Made by a program: the position numbers and the translations under genes. Shown here piece after piece: positions 26,248 through 39,609 of a stretch of 64,000 nucleotides of DNA; the stretch's first letter is position 1, and each line of letters starts with the position of its first letter. Source of the DNA: Lama glama. Its lineage: Eukaryota. The notes below the pieces were generated by a model that worked only from the letters and a program-made list of their open reading frames with translations, ran no database searches and had not been told where the DNA came from. The stretch is taken from positions 34,846,001 to 34,910,000 of the forward strand of contig CM052818.1 of NCBI GenBank assembly GCA_028534125.1, written 5' to 3'.

Positions 26248-26874
26248 GGGGATGGTATAGCTTAGCAGTAGAGTGTGTGTTTAGCATGTATGAGGTCATG
26301 GGTTCAATCCCCAGTACCTCCATTAAATAAATAAACACATAAATAAACCTAATTACTGTTGGGCCCACTGACGTCCTTCCAAGTCCAAGGACCCCCATTT
26401 CTGGGCTCTCAGATGTCTGCCTGTGATCCTTCAATAGATAAAGTACTTTCTTTACTGGGCATGTTTCCTCTAATAAATTATAACAGCCCTGTATGCCTAA
26501 TCTCACAATAGCCCAAGCTGGCCTGTTTCAGCCCACGTTATCTGAGTCAAACCCCACAGCCCTTCATGGACCCTAAACCTCCTACCTCACCTGCGACCAA
26601 TCAGAGATTTGCGCACAAGCCGATCAGGCACCTTGTGAGTTGACCTTATAAAAGATGCCAACAACCGGCCCTCGGTGCTCACTGCTCACGCAGGCACCCC
26701 TCACCTGTGTGGCCGGCTGTTGCCTATAGCAGCATACCCTAATAAACTCCTTTTCCATTCTCATACTTTATCTCTAGTAAATTCTTTTACCAACCCATGT
26801 GTCACCATGTCACTGACCAGACACCCTGCTGTGTCCCACAAGAATTACCTCCCTCCCAAAAAAATTTTTTTTAA
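26248..26874 (+). mobile_element. Vic-1-type SINE interrupted by a solo LTR
   Basis: SINE head at 26248-26356; the tail resumes after 26848 (CTCCCTCCCAAAAAA). SINE TSD TTTAATTATTGA at 26236-26247 and 26875-26886. Confidence 0.87.
26357..26843 (+). mobile_element. Solo ERV LTR
   Basis: Begins TGTTG and ends CAAGA (one mismatch from the inverted repeat CAACA). CCAAT 26597, TATAAAA 26647 and AATAAA 26741 are in U3-R order. Flanked by duplicated ATTAC/AATTAC. Confidence 0.82.
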
Positions 26875-28669
26875 TTTAATTATTGAAAATTCTACTCCCA
26901 CAGATAACCACTATTGGCATCTTGGTGAATAACCATGTGGCTATTCTTCTTCCCATAACTCTTTATTTAGACATTTCTTATGACACATTTCCTGAAAGTT
27001 ATTTACATCCATATCTTATTTTCTCAAACTGGAACATCCCCAGGGGCTGTGGCTATTGTATACATCAGTTTGCTTAGTGCCTTGAACATACCAGAAAGTC
27101 AAAACGTTTATTGAAGGAAAAAGCAAATGAAATTCAGAGACAGGTTTGCTTTTTTTTTTCTCTTGGAAGACAATACTAATTTGGAGACATTTTCAAAATG
27201 CTGGGGAAAAAGTTAAAATTCAAGAAGACGTGAATGGGAAGGTAACACCTTTGGAGCAATATTTTGTTAATTTAGAAAGCACATGAAGAGCTCTCCTAAC
27301 TCCATAACAGAGTTTATTTCTGTGAACAAGAAATACTGTTAGGACTCATGGACCAACTGTGATGCAGTGGAATGAATACTGAACTTGGAGCCAGATACTA
27401 TAGACTCAAGAAGCAGCTCTGCTACTGACTGGCTCTGTGACTCATTTAACCTCACGATGCTTGTTTTCCTCTTATGTCAAGAAGATAGAGCACTTCATGA
27501 GATTGTTTTAAAAATTAAATAAGATAATGAAAGTAAATATACCTTATACAGTGTAAAACACTACACAAACATAAATGATTACTATTATTTCTAAGAGGTT
27601 AAGAGTGATGAATTGCACCATAAGGAAAAAGAAAGCAGAAAATTATGTTAGAATACTTATCCTGGAAGAAAAATGGTACCAAAGGAAGCTGGACTAGAAC
27701 GGGAATAGGTCAGAGGGAGAAATGAAACATTAAAATTGGGAGAAGCAAGAATTGGAACTGACTTGAGTTGTGAAGGTTTAATGGATGGAATCATCGAAAG
27801 GAGACCAAAAGAAAGAAATTCAGTGGCTGAAGGTAGCTGACACCTGCCCTTAGTAAAAAAACTTTACACCATCAACTCCAGTAGATGAATCTCTAATCAC
27901 CTCTGTTGGAGCAATTGGTCCAGCACAGTAGTTATAAACATGGGCCTTGAGTTGGCTGGACCTAAGATTCTATACCTGTCACTTTGCTGGAGACCTTGGG
28001 TAAATTACCTAATCTCTCTAAACCTGTTTCCTCCTCTGTAAAGTGGGGATAAGATAAAAACTACCATATGGTTGAGTGGGTATTAAATAAGACACAGTGT
28101 TTGGCCTTTAGTTACTGTTCAGAAATGTTATTACCACCACAAGAACTGAGAAAACGTTTTCCATTTGCAGATCACTGACTTGTTGAAAAAAGCAAATCTA
28201 GAGGGACGTAAGTTTTAAAAAAATCACATGATTTGGAGACATGAAATGCATTCTATTAATCCATGGATAACACCAAGTGTTGGTGAGGATATGGAGAGAC
28301 AAGAACTTCCATACATAGCTGATGGGAGTATAGTTTGGTCCAGTCATCCTGGAAAGCAATCAGACAACATTTAATCAATGATGTGCATGCCTGTGACTCA
28401 ACAATACCGCTCTTAGGCGTGGCCAAGAGAAGTTCTCATATAGATTCATCACGGCTTTTCTTTGTACCAGCTAGATGTCAGTATCAATCTAAGTGTCTGT
28501 TACTAGGAGAATGAGTAAATAAAATGTAATGAATGCAAACTGAGTTAGTCCAGATCCTAAAGCATTGGCTTGGGTTTGAAAATTGGCTAATATGACAACT
28601 CAGACCCAAATCAAGATTGTTACCACTACAGTTTATTAATAAGCAAATACACAAAGAACAAGGCCTTCC

Positions 28670-28769
28670 NNNNNNNNNNNNNNNNNNNNNNNNNNNNNNN
28701 NNNNNNNNNNNNNNNNNNNNNNNNNNNNNNNNNNNNNNNNNNNNNNNNNNNNNNNNNNNNNNNNNNNNN
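28670..28769. other. Assembly gap (100 N)
   Basis: Run of N; a round size of 100 usually means a gap of unknown length. Confidence 0.99.
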
Positions 28770-31700
28770 GGACATTGCACAGACTAAAGACGTCAGTGGT
28801 CAGTGTGCTGAGGATTAAGTCAGTGCTCTGCCTCCTAGATCTAGATTTTTAAACAAAAGTGAGAAAGGGACTAAAGTTGTACAAAGATAGACAAAATTGG
28901 TATCGATACTCCTACAGATACCAGAAGAATGGCAAAGTGAGAAAGAGAACCCTAAGTATTTGGTTTGGTTTGATAATAAGAATACAGATTCTGGCTGTTT
29001 GCTTTTACACCTGATTGCCCCATAGCATAATGGTAGTTACACAAATTTTAAAATTTGTGACAGATTTATTTAATCACGTTGATTGATCGCAGATGCTCAG
29101 ACTTCATGGACTTGTCTGTTCACAAAGCTTGTGCTCTGCTCTCAGCTGTCACCTGTCAGCCCTTGACCAGTCCTGTCTGGTTCCAGCTTTTCGGACTAAG
29201 CACTCAGTTATTTGCAGGCTGCCCCACCTCCTTCCTGATCCAGAAAGAGGGTGGAAGCACGGGGTATCAAAAGCTCTCATGCTACATACCAACTGAGTTA
29301 GACACTGTCAAGATAATATCTGAACTCAGCCATCTCTTTTGTCCAAAATACCCCCAGGAAGAAGCCACCCTCTCACCCATGTAGCTTGTGCATCCAACGT
29401 TCCATTACCTTTGGCCCCACCTCCAGGCTCTGGTGTTCTGACAACCAAATGGAGATCCTGCTTCTTTGCCTTGTTCCTACCAGTGCTTGTTCCCCACCCT
29501 TCACCTATATTCACACTCACTTCCTCATGCGACAGACATTTGTCAGGTCTTTGGCTGCCCAGAATTGAACTTCTTTCCTTTGACTAGGAAACTCTCCACC
29601 ATAAGTTTCAGTACACAGAGCCCTCTTCCCACTGTATTCCCTTCCTCAGCACCCACCCCCATCACACTCCCAAACACAAATCTAGGCTCTGCAGATATGA
29701 GCTGGGCTCTGCCTGTCCGAAGCACCAACCCAAAACCTTGACACAGGGGCGAAGGACACAAGGAAGCAGGCACGGTGGGATGTGCACTGAGAAGGCAGTG
29801 GGGTACCGCAGCAGCACTTGTTTCCTGGGCACCTCTGGGCCCCAGAGCCAGGTGGTACCTCCGTCCCATGCTGGCCACGGTCATGCTACAGGCTGTGCAG
29901 AATCTCCTTGGTGTCCAGAGGGGACAGTGATGACCTCATCGTCTGGCCTCAACACACTGTATGTGTGGCCGTATCTGCACCCCGATTCCTTAGCCTCGTT
30001 CTCCAGGCTTCCCAGTAATTCTGAGAGCTTCCCAATAGCCTTTCAATAAATTTATTTTCTGCTTCTATTTGAAAAGTCAGTCTGAGTTGCAACTGACTCC
30101 TGAGTTTACTGACTCCTATGGTGACTCAAACTTTGCCTGACACTCCCCCCATGTCCACTTTCTGTTTCCCATCTTCTGCTGCCCTTGCCACTTGGACCTG
30201 CCGTGCCTCCGCTCAAACTTGGCCCCTGTCTGCCAGTCTCTCTCCCAAGGATGCTGTATTTTTGATCCCTCTTTCCCATGTCTCCACTGCCTCCCTCCAG
30301 CCCCCTCCCTAGGTCACAGGCACCTTGTGTTCCCAGCCTGTCCCAAGTCCTGGACAACTAGACAGTCATCCTAACCCTGTTGTGATGTCAGCAGTGGACT
30401 TAGTGCTGACAGGGCAGGATTACTCAGATGCTGGAAGGAAGGGTCACCAGGAGGACAAAGGGGTATAGGAATAGAGATGGGAGGGCAGCAGAGACACTTC
30501 CTATTTTTATATTTTATCTAATAATACAATTTGTCATTCATGAAGTTTCTGCATTGTGCTGGCCCTTCATATGCATGACCTCACATTCATTCTTTGAGCT
30601 AGGGACTACTATAATCCCCATTTTCAGATGAGGAAAACAGATGAAAAGAGGGATGGAATGAAATGATACCTGGGATCACCTTTAAAATAACTGGAAGGAT
30701 GGGAGATGAGCAGGATGAGGATGAGATAAGCTTGCCCATGGGTTGAAAATTGTTCAAGGTGGATAACAGGTATATGGAAATTCATGATACTATTAAGTCT
30801 AATTTGTATGTATTTGAATTTTTCCATAATTAGAAGTATGTTTTGTTTTCTTTAAAACTTGATCAAACCCATACAAATAGTAAGTGATAAAGTTAGGTTT
30901 GGGTCCCAGGCCCTCCTGATTTCAGCAGCTGCTCTCCTAACTTCTAGGCTGGATTCCTGGCAAGCTACCTAAAAAGATCTAAGAGGGAAAGATTAGTGAT
31001 TTTCAGAGGAGTCAAAGGGAATTCAAAAGACTCCTGACTAATTTCTGCTCCTGTTTTCTAGGTATATTAAGGCAAGAATCAACAGGCTATCGGCAGATTA
31101 TTAATTCCCCACGCCTGCAGCTTGTTATAAAGAAGATGCCCTCATTTTCTCTGCCCGCTTCTGAGTAGGTGCAGAAGCAGCCCATAAGAGAGCCTTTGGC
31201 AGCCAAAGTTTTCTAAAAACACCCAGGCAACAGCTGTCCTTGGCTGTCACCTGACTTGCCAGGCCCTGAGTCAGCACCACTCCTCCACCCAACCCCCACT
31301 GCTGAGCCAGATCTGACTTGCCCTTTCCCGGCTGGGCTGAACCAGTTGGCCCAGCCCGGCCCTGCCCTGTCCCAGCATCCTCCTCAGTGGGTGGCTGCTT
31401 GCTCCCTTACTCTCACCTGGGGTTCCCACCCTCAAACAGCCCTTGTCCCACAGAGCAGCACCCTCCTGCTTGAAATTTTAGCTCTGAAGGGAGCTGAAAG
31501 ACCGCCCCCGAGCTGTTGGCGATACGGACAGGGCTCAGGAGCCTGTTGCTGGGTGGAGAGGATGAGCTGGGCCCCAGCATCTCCTGCCATCTACCAAAGG
31601 TAGTCTTCCTTCTTTTGGTGACTCTGCGATTTGCTTTAGGAGAAAAGCAGAAGAAAACAGAGACACCTCCCCTCTCCTAGAGAGGAGGATTCCACGCTCA

Positions 31701-32820
31701 AGCCCAGAAGAGACCAGGGTTGAGACAATCTGAAGACCAAATTCTTGGTCTGTGTTTTTGCAGAGAATGCTCATTGTCCTCGTATCATACCCTTTTCTTG
31801 GTCTGGATGTGAAGCTATAGTAAATGCTGACACAATACATTTCCCAGGTGATGGTGCCCAGGCACTGTGACTGGAGGATACAGACATTGACCCCACTGCT
31901 AAGTCACTAAGGTTAGCCTTCTCCCTGATGCCAGCTGCGTCCCTCAGGCCAGCCTGCTCTGAATCTTGGCGCTGCTGCCACTTAGGCATGTGTGACCTTG
32001 GTCTAATAACTGACCTCTATGAGACTCAGTTTTTATATCTGTACAGTAAGAATAAAATACCCACCTTGCAGGTTTATTGTGAGGCTCAGACAAAGTTGAG
32101 TTCATATAGCACTTAGTAGGCACACAACACTCATCAGTTTCCTTTGCTCTGCCTGGGGACTGGCTCCTGCTCAAACTGGACTGACATCAAAGCTTTCAGG
32201 CCTGAGACCAAGTGCTGGCCCAGCTCTTATGTCTTGATTCCAGGCATTCAGACCTACTTTCCCATGATTCCCACAGGGCCAGTCATTTTCTGATCATCTG
32301 CCAGCCCAGCCCACACGACACCACTGTCCTGACTCCATGATTCTACACACTCTTAATTTGTCCTCTTGGCTACCACCACACATTTGCACCTGATTATTTC
32401 TGTGTATCTCTCACTAACCCATGAGCTGCTTCTTCCCTTTCTTTAGCTTCAAAACTCCTGAATGAGAATGTTCCAGGGCCCCTTCTCCCAGCATCTTGTT
32501 GCACATACCCAGTTTCTAAGGACCCACTGCCTTGAGTCTCCCACACCCAAATAAATAGCTGGCGCCACCATTCCCTCCTCCCCTCGCCCCTCTCTGGCCA
32601 AGGGAAGGGTGTTTCAGCTCTCTTACCAGGATCAGGGCTTTGTCTAAGCACAGCAGTTTTCAGTCCCTCTGAAAAACTGGATTAGAAGCCACAATTGGGA
32701 CAATATTCCCGGCGTGGTTTGAGCTGGTAGAAAGGTCCACCACATCTCGTGGTGTGCATATGTACTGAGGTGAATGTAACCTAATATATGTTAGGACTTC
32801 AGCAACTGCAACATAGTTTT

Positions 32821-33241
32821 TTTTTCACATGTACCTATATTTTATTTTATTTGAAATTTTTTCTCCTTTTTCAGTTTTATTGTATAGAATTATTACAGTT
32901 CGACTACACATACACATTATATTGAATGTAAATACATATATACAGTATACTGCACATTTTTTGTAGTTTACGTATATGTACTGATTATTGTTTCTAAGAA
33001 CAGATTAGAGCTTTAGCTTTTTAATCTTACATAGTTATCAAAGGAATAAAGCCAACTACAAAATAAGAATCAACAGGATGCGGTAATCCAATCATAAAGG
33101 ACAGTCAAATGTGCTTACACATATTCAAGAAATCAATCATCTTAGTTATAAATAATAAGTAGCTCATTTGTGTCCTTATTATTATTGTTTTTAGTTTTTA
33201 GATTCCTCATATGAATGATGTCATCTGGCATTTTTCTTTCT
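32821..33241 (-). mobile_element. Retroposed chimeric insert (L1 3'UTR piece plus unidentified polyadenylated sequence) within a CR1/L3 fragment
   Basis: TSD CATAGT(T/G)TT at 32812-32820 and 33242-33250; poly-T 32817-32825; minus-strand AATAAA at 32841-32851 and 32876-32881. Confidence 0.6.
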
Positions 33242-34369
33242 CATAGTGTTGACTATTTTAGGTTTTTGGCCAACTGAAACTCCTAGAGCTTTATTCATGA
33301 ACTGCAGGTGTTCCCCACATTTTCTACTGTTAAAGCTGATTTTATAACATCCAAATTTAGTATTGCATCTGTTTATCTGTGCTATCATTTTGTTATCAAG
33401 ATTATTTTGGGTCATTAACAAATAAATTGCAAGGAAAAAAGTGGCAAATGGGGCAACTCGTAGAATAAAAGAGACTTCACATAGCGACAAATCACAATGT
33501 ATGGGCTTTGTTTGGACCCTGATTTAAACAAATGAACTACAAAAATTTTTTTTTTAATATTTATGAGACAATTGGAAATTTTTTAATGGATATTTTATGA
33601 TGTTAAGGAATTACTGAGTTTTCTTTTTAGGTGTGATAATAGTGTTAGAGTTTTGTTCTTAACACATAGGATGTCTGGGATTTACTTCAAAATAAAATGA
33701 GGGAAGGAAAGTTGGGAGGTGGAAATAGGAGAAACAAGATTGGCCATGAGTTGAAAATTGTTGAAGCTGGATGACTGATAGATGGAGTTTGTTATACTGT
33801 AATTTCTACATTTGTGAATGTTTCAAATTATCCAAAAGAAAAATTAAAAGAAAATTATTTTGAATCTTGCCTCTGACATCCAGCAAATTAACTGCTCTTA
33901 GTCCTGTAACCTCCCTCTACACAATAAGCCTTATTTCTGTATCTGTATCTAAGTAGTTAATAAACAGGTTGACCAGGTCAGGACTAAGAGCACATCTCTG
34001 TGACCCACCTAGATTCACTAAGTTGACCCATTCATCAGTCATCCTTGGAAATGGCTGATCAATGAACCATGACACCAGTTATCCAGCCTTTGTTAACAAA
34101 GATATCCAAAGACTTGTCTAGCGCCTTGCAAAAATCAAAATGCAAAATGCCAAGCATAACCCTTATCTGCCATTTTTACAATCTATCTTTTTCAGTTAAG
34201 AGTTTTGACCCATTTGTTCTAAGTGAATTAATGTTAGTTCCAGGTATCCATCCCTCTTTTCCAAAACACCCAAAGGTGACTTGTTCTAAATAATCCAATT
34301 TTGAAATTTATAGCATCAACAATACCTCATTGTATTTTGTCCCCTACCATAATGCGGGGTCAATACGCA

Positions 34370-34722
34370 CCCCTGGCCATACACATGACCCAGGCCACAA
34401 CAAAGTCTTGTCCTGGATTTTTGTTGGGGAAAGCATTTTCTTTCCCTGCTAAATTAGGTTGTAATCTCATAGACACTGGTGACCGTTTTGCCACCACTTG
34501 AGGAGAGTCTGCCTGAGAATTAAGCCAACACAGAGGCAAGCAGAGTTGAGGGCTGGGAAGAATGGGGTTCTGGGATTACATCATTTGAGCTTCTAGAGTT
34601 AGTTATGCCTAAAGTCAACAACCCTGGTAATTTTCAGCTATGTGAGCCAATACTTTCTATTCTTTTTTTAAACCAGTTTAAGCTGGATTTCTGTCACTTG
34701 CAAAAGACGTCCTGGCTAATAC
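34370..34722 (+). mobile_element. MLT1-type (ERVL-MaLR) LTR
   Basis: …GTCTGCCTGAGAATTAAGCCAACACAGAGG…TGTGAGCCAATA…TTTCTGTCACTTGCAA…CCTGGCTAATACA 3' end. Confidence 0.7.
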
Positions 34723-34819
34723 AGTGTGTATATGGTTGGTTGAGCAGTGGAATGCATAATATAAAATGTTTCATTTTGTGTAAGAATTTTTGTATGATCA
34801 TACTGTACATGCAACATTT

Positions 34820-36100
34820 TTAAAAATGACCTTGTTGAGATATCATTCATATACCATAAAATTCACCCTTTAAAGTGTACAATTCAGTGGTCTTTAGTAT
34901 AGTCACAGAGTTGTGCAACTATTACCACCTTCTTATTTTAGAACATTTTCATCACTCCTCACAAAAGAAACTGTATCTGTTAGCCATCACTTTCCAACCC
35001 TGCTCCCCCTACAACCTTCCTTTAACCCCTAGCAACCACTAATCTGCTTTCTTTCTCTATGAATTTGCCTATTCTGGACATTTCATATAAATAGAATCAT
35101 ACAACATGTGTCCTTTTGTGACTGGCTTCTTTCACTTAATATCATGTTTTCAAGATTCTTGCAAGTGGTAGCATAAATCAGTACTTCATTCCTTTTATGG
35201 ATGACAATTTCATTCTGTGAACATACCACATTTTGCTTAAACATTCATCACTGATGTACATTTCTATTGTTTCTGCTTTTTGATTATTATGAATTATGCT
35301 GCTATGAACATTTATGTTCAAGTTTTTATGCAGATATATGTTTCAATTATCTTGGATACGTACCTGGGAGTGGAATTGCTGAGCTATATGCTAATTTCCT
35401 GCTTAGCTTTTCAAGGAAGTGTCAAACTATTTTCCAAAGTAGCTGCACTATTTAAATTCCTACTAGCAGCATATAAGGGTTCTAGCATCTCCACACCCTC
35501 AGCAATACATGTTATTGTCTGTCTTTTTTATTTTAGCTATCCTAGCTGGTGAACTGGTAACTGGTATCTTATTGTGATTTTGGGTAGCATTTCCCTAGTG
35601 ATTAATGATGTCGAGCATCCTTTTATGTGCTTATTGCCATTTGTATATCTTCTTTGGAGACATGTATATTCAAATTCTTTGCCCAGTTTTGAATCATGTT
35701 GTCTTTTTAATTTGTAAGAGTTATGTATATATTCTGGGTACAAATTTCTTATCAGATACATGATTTGCAAGTATTTTATCCTATTCTGTGGGTTTTCTTT
35801 TCATTTTCTTAATGGCGTCCACTGAAACACAAATATTTTACATCTTGATAGTGTCTAATTTATCATTTTTTCCTCTCACTTGTGCTTTTGACATCATGTC
35901 TGAAAAAACTGTCTAATACAAGGTCAAGAAGAATTACTTCTATTTTGTCTTTGAACCATTTTATAGTCTTTAGCTCCTACATTAGGTCTATGATCTATTT
36001 TAAGTAATTTTTAATATAGTGTGAGGTAGGGATCCAACTTTATTCTTTTGTGTGTAGCTATCCAGCTGTCCCAGCACTACTGGTTGTATTCTTCCCCCAC
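34820..36100 (-). mobile_element. L1MB-like fragment
   Basis: TTGAGATATCATTCATATACCATAAAATTCACCCTTTAAAGTGTACAATTCAGTGG... continuing into ORF2-end motifs. Confidence 0.85.
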
Positions 36101-37195
36101 TGATACAACATTGTTTTTGTAAACATGTTTTACTTAGAACAATATTAATGTGAGTTTATATTCTCTGATCACACCCTAGTCGCTTCTGTCAACAATGTGG
36201 CATGCTGGAGATTGGGGAGGAGCGTGATTTTTCTGTGGGTGATTAAACATTTAACTATAGAATATGATGAGTATGTGTACAATGATGCCCAAATGTTAGT
36301 GTGCATAATAGTCACCTGGGGAAAAAATATTTTTAAAGGGAATTCCCAAGCCCCACCCCAACCTACTGCATCAGAATTTCCTGGCAACATTCTGTCTCTT
36401 ACATACATAGAATCATAGAACATTAGGGCTGGAATTGTCCACATGGTCACAGATTAACCTTGTCATTTTTAAATTCATAATACAACCAGAAGATGATTGA
36501 CTCTGCTCTTATTCCCTTTAAACAACAAGGCCAAACTGAACACTTTGCATCCCCCCAATACATTCAAATTCAGCAGTATTTATGACTAATGAGATTTTAC
36601 TAAAGACTTCATGGGAAGATGAAGAAGAGAATTACACCACTCACCACAATGCACAACTTAATTAGATCCCTCCATTTGACTAGCTAAACCTGTTCCTCCT
36701 CTAGGAGCCTTCTCCCTTATTACCTTATGGTCAGGTCTCTTCTCTTCATCTCTCCTACAATACAGCTTCTGAAATTCCTTCTTTTTTTCCCAGACCATTC
36801 AGCTATGGTCTCAAGTTTATACACACTCAGCAAAGTAAAAGTACAATAGCTACCTGAAAAGCAACCAACTATTTTTCCTCAAGCATGCTCCTTGGGAAAG
36901 TGGGAGGTGTCTCAGTTCATCCCATGGTCATAGAGCCATATCATATGCTTTATCCTATCATAAACAATTCCTGAAGGCTTACGACGAACAAGACACTGGG
37001 TAAGTATCTCACAAAATGACTTACTTCCTGTCATACAGAGCTCATTAATGGCAAATCTGGCACAGAACTTTCATTGTAAGGGTCAGAGCACAACTTCTGA
37101 GGCACTGCTATTCAGAGTCTTCCATTTCTTTTACTTCACAGCTCTGTGGGATACATGAAAAAGATCTATCATTTCATCTTTTAAAGATAGGGAAA

Positions 37196-37321
37196 TGGGG
37201 GGGGAAGGGTATAGCTCAATTGGTAGAACGCGTGCTCAGCACGGAAGAGGTCCCGGGTTCAATTCCCAGTACCTCCTCCAAGCGGAGATAATGAAGAAAC
37301 CGAATTATCTGCCCCTCTGAA
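37196..37321 (+). mobile_element. tRNA-Ala-derived SINE (Vic-1-like variant) inserted in a MIR
   Basis: GGGTATAGCTCAATTGGTAGAACGCGTGCTCAGC...GGTTCAATTCCC. Perfect TSD TAAAGATAGGGAAA at 37182-37195 and 37322-37335, which lies in a MIR core (…GGAAACTGAGG). Confidence 0.88.
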
Positions 37322-38717
37322 TAAAGATAGGGAAACTGAGGTCCAGTGACCGTCAGTGACTTTGCAATTCAGTTAGTGGAAGGTTTTGATCTGGGGTCTA
37401 GGATTATTTATCTTTAGCAGGATAGGTGAAATTGTGCCTGAAATCTCACGGGGAAGCCACAGTGGAAAATGTAACCAATAAGGGACACTGTGTAATCCTG
37501 GATGCTGTAACACGAGGTCAAGCCTAAAGGCTGATAAGGAGCACGGAGAAAGGGGAATGGGAGAGGACAGACGGTCAGTGTTCCTCCCACAGTGACAGGA
37601 AAGAGATGGCAACATTGGGCAAGGCAGGATCCTGTTTGGCAAGGGACATCTGTCCCCATGTGGGAAAGCATGACTCATTGGGGTGCCACAGCTCAGAGAC
37701 ACACTCTCTTAAGATCTTCCAAGTCCCCTTAGTGCAGTTCTGTATTTACCAAGCAAGTCACAGATCTCCTTTTGAATTCTGAAGTACATCTTCCCACCGA
37801 ATACAGAAAGTGCTGACTGGGGTTGCTTCCAGCCTATTGTCAATTATATTTTACAGGATGAATGAATAATGCTGCATCTAGTCTCTTTCTCATGAGTTGG
37901 TTTAGAGTGAGTTTATTCAATCAATGTTAATTCATCAATTACTGAGTCCCATCTACATAGCAGGCATTGATCCTGGCTCTTGTGCTGCAAGTCAGAGAAG
38001 ATCCCTGTCCTCATGGAGTGCACACGCTGTTGAGGGGGTGCCAAGTAACAGAAAAGCAAACCAACCAACAGGTAATTTCAAACTGTATATGTATATATAC
38101 AGATATATATATATATTTCTTTCATTCATTGAAATATTGCTGGTACCTCACCAGCACATGGCAGACAGTTGTTGCTCAAAATACATTTGTTAGCTAAAAA
38201 AAAAAAAAAATGACAAACAAGAAGTAATGGAAAGATGACCCTCTGAATATTAAGGTATAAGAATCCAATTCCTTCTTCAAGGCCCAGCCTCTGCAAGATG
38301 GAAGAGAGATGGTCTAGGGAAGGGGCCATGCTAGGCTGAGGTCTCCTGTCATTTGTTAGCACCAGTGTGACCTATAAAGACTGATGTCTGTGCTATTCTA
38401 GGAGAGAAGGTGTCAGAAGGAAGGAGGAGGCTTTTGGGGGGTCAGGTATGATGGACAGAGGAGGCTCCACCTGCTATGTGTGGTGGCTTGGCCCCAGGGA
38501 TGGAGGCAGCCAATAGGGGATACTCATCTACCACCCATAGCTCCTCCTGGTACTGTGTGGAAAGTTGGCATGGAGACTTTGAGACGTGTATGATATAACT
38601 AGCATTTGGGAAATGGTGGGAAGAACAGAGAGTCGATACCTCTACCTCTTATTTCTCAGATGACTAGGAGGGGTTTCTCCTCAGGAAGAAGGAGAAGAGG
38701 TTTTAGGGATCTTTACC

Positions 38718-39344
38718 CAGGGCAACCAGGGTAGAGGTGTTCAGATTGTGCACTGCACAAAGGCACCACATTGAAGGAGGCAACCTTCATGGCCAGACAG
38801 ACATATATCAACCTGAATGAAAACAGGCAGGCAGCCGTAGACAGTCTAGGCCTCCTGGCTAGAGCAGTCCCATCTTGTAAACCCCCACTTGCATACATAG
38901 CCATGCACAGACTTGCGAGCAAATGCTTGCACACACTCACAGCCAGTGCACAGCCAAATGCACTGTGGGTATACCTGAGGTCTCTTTTCTCACCATGTGC
39001 TGTTCTCAGAGGCCCAAGTTCTAACACTCACCCGTTCCCAAACTCTAAACTTGACATAGTTCATCTCGGAAGCTGAGGGAGGTGTGAAATGGTGGTGGGC
39101 TCACCACTTCACAAGGGTGAAGAAGTGGCATTAGGCTGTGGGTGAAATAACAAGAGTGTGAGCAGGCCTGAGCCCAGCCATGGTTGCATCATGCTAGGAC
39201 CCTGTCAGGCTGCCTGGGCCAAGCCAAGGAGCTGAGCCAGCACATGATTCTACACAGCTTGTGTAAACAATATACTAACAAAATGTTTTTAACTCAAGAA
39301 AGGGGACACTTCTCCTAACTTGCAGATGCTAGTGGCAGCCCTGG
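38718..39344. mobile_element. hAT-Tip100 (MER91-related) element
   Basis: Termini CAGGGCAACC ... GGCAGCCCTG and a TTGTGCACTGCACAAAGG subterminal motif. Confidence 0.5.
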
Positions 39345-39609
39345 CTTTGCCCTACATTCTCCCTCCCTTCTTTTTGTATCTTAATAAGTTGTAGAACTTC
39401 TGCTTCTTTTTGGATTCCAAGGAGACCGGTTCTGAAAGGCAAAACTCTCGTGTTTCCAAATCTCAGCTAGCATAACACATTAAATAAAGTATACAGAAGG
39501 GCTTTGAGAACATAAAATACTAGTCAGGGATTCCAAACTCTTATTCATGCTGGAGGCAAAGAGGCAGCAAGCAGTTAATCTACATGTGTAAAATGAGCCT
39601 TTATTGATT

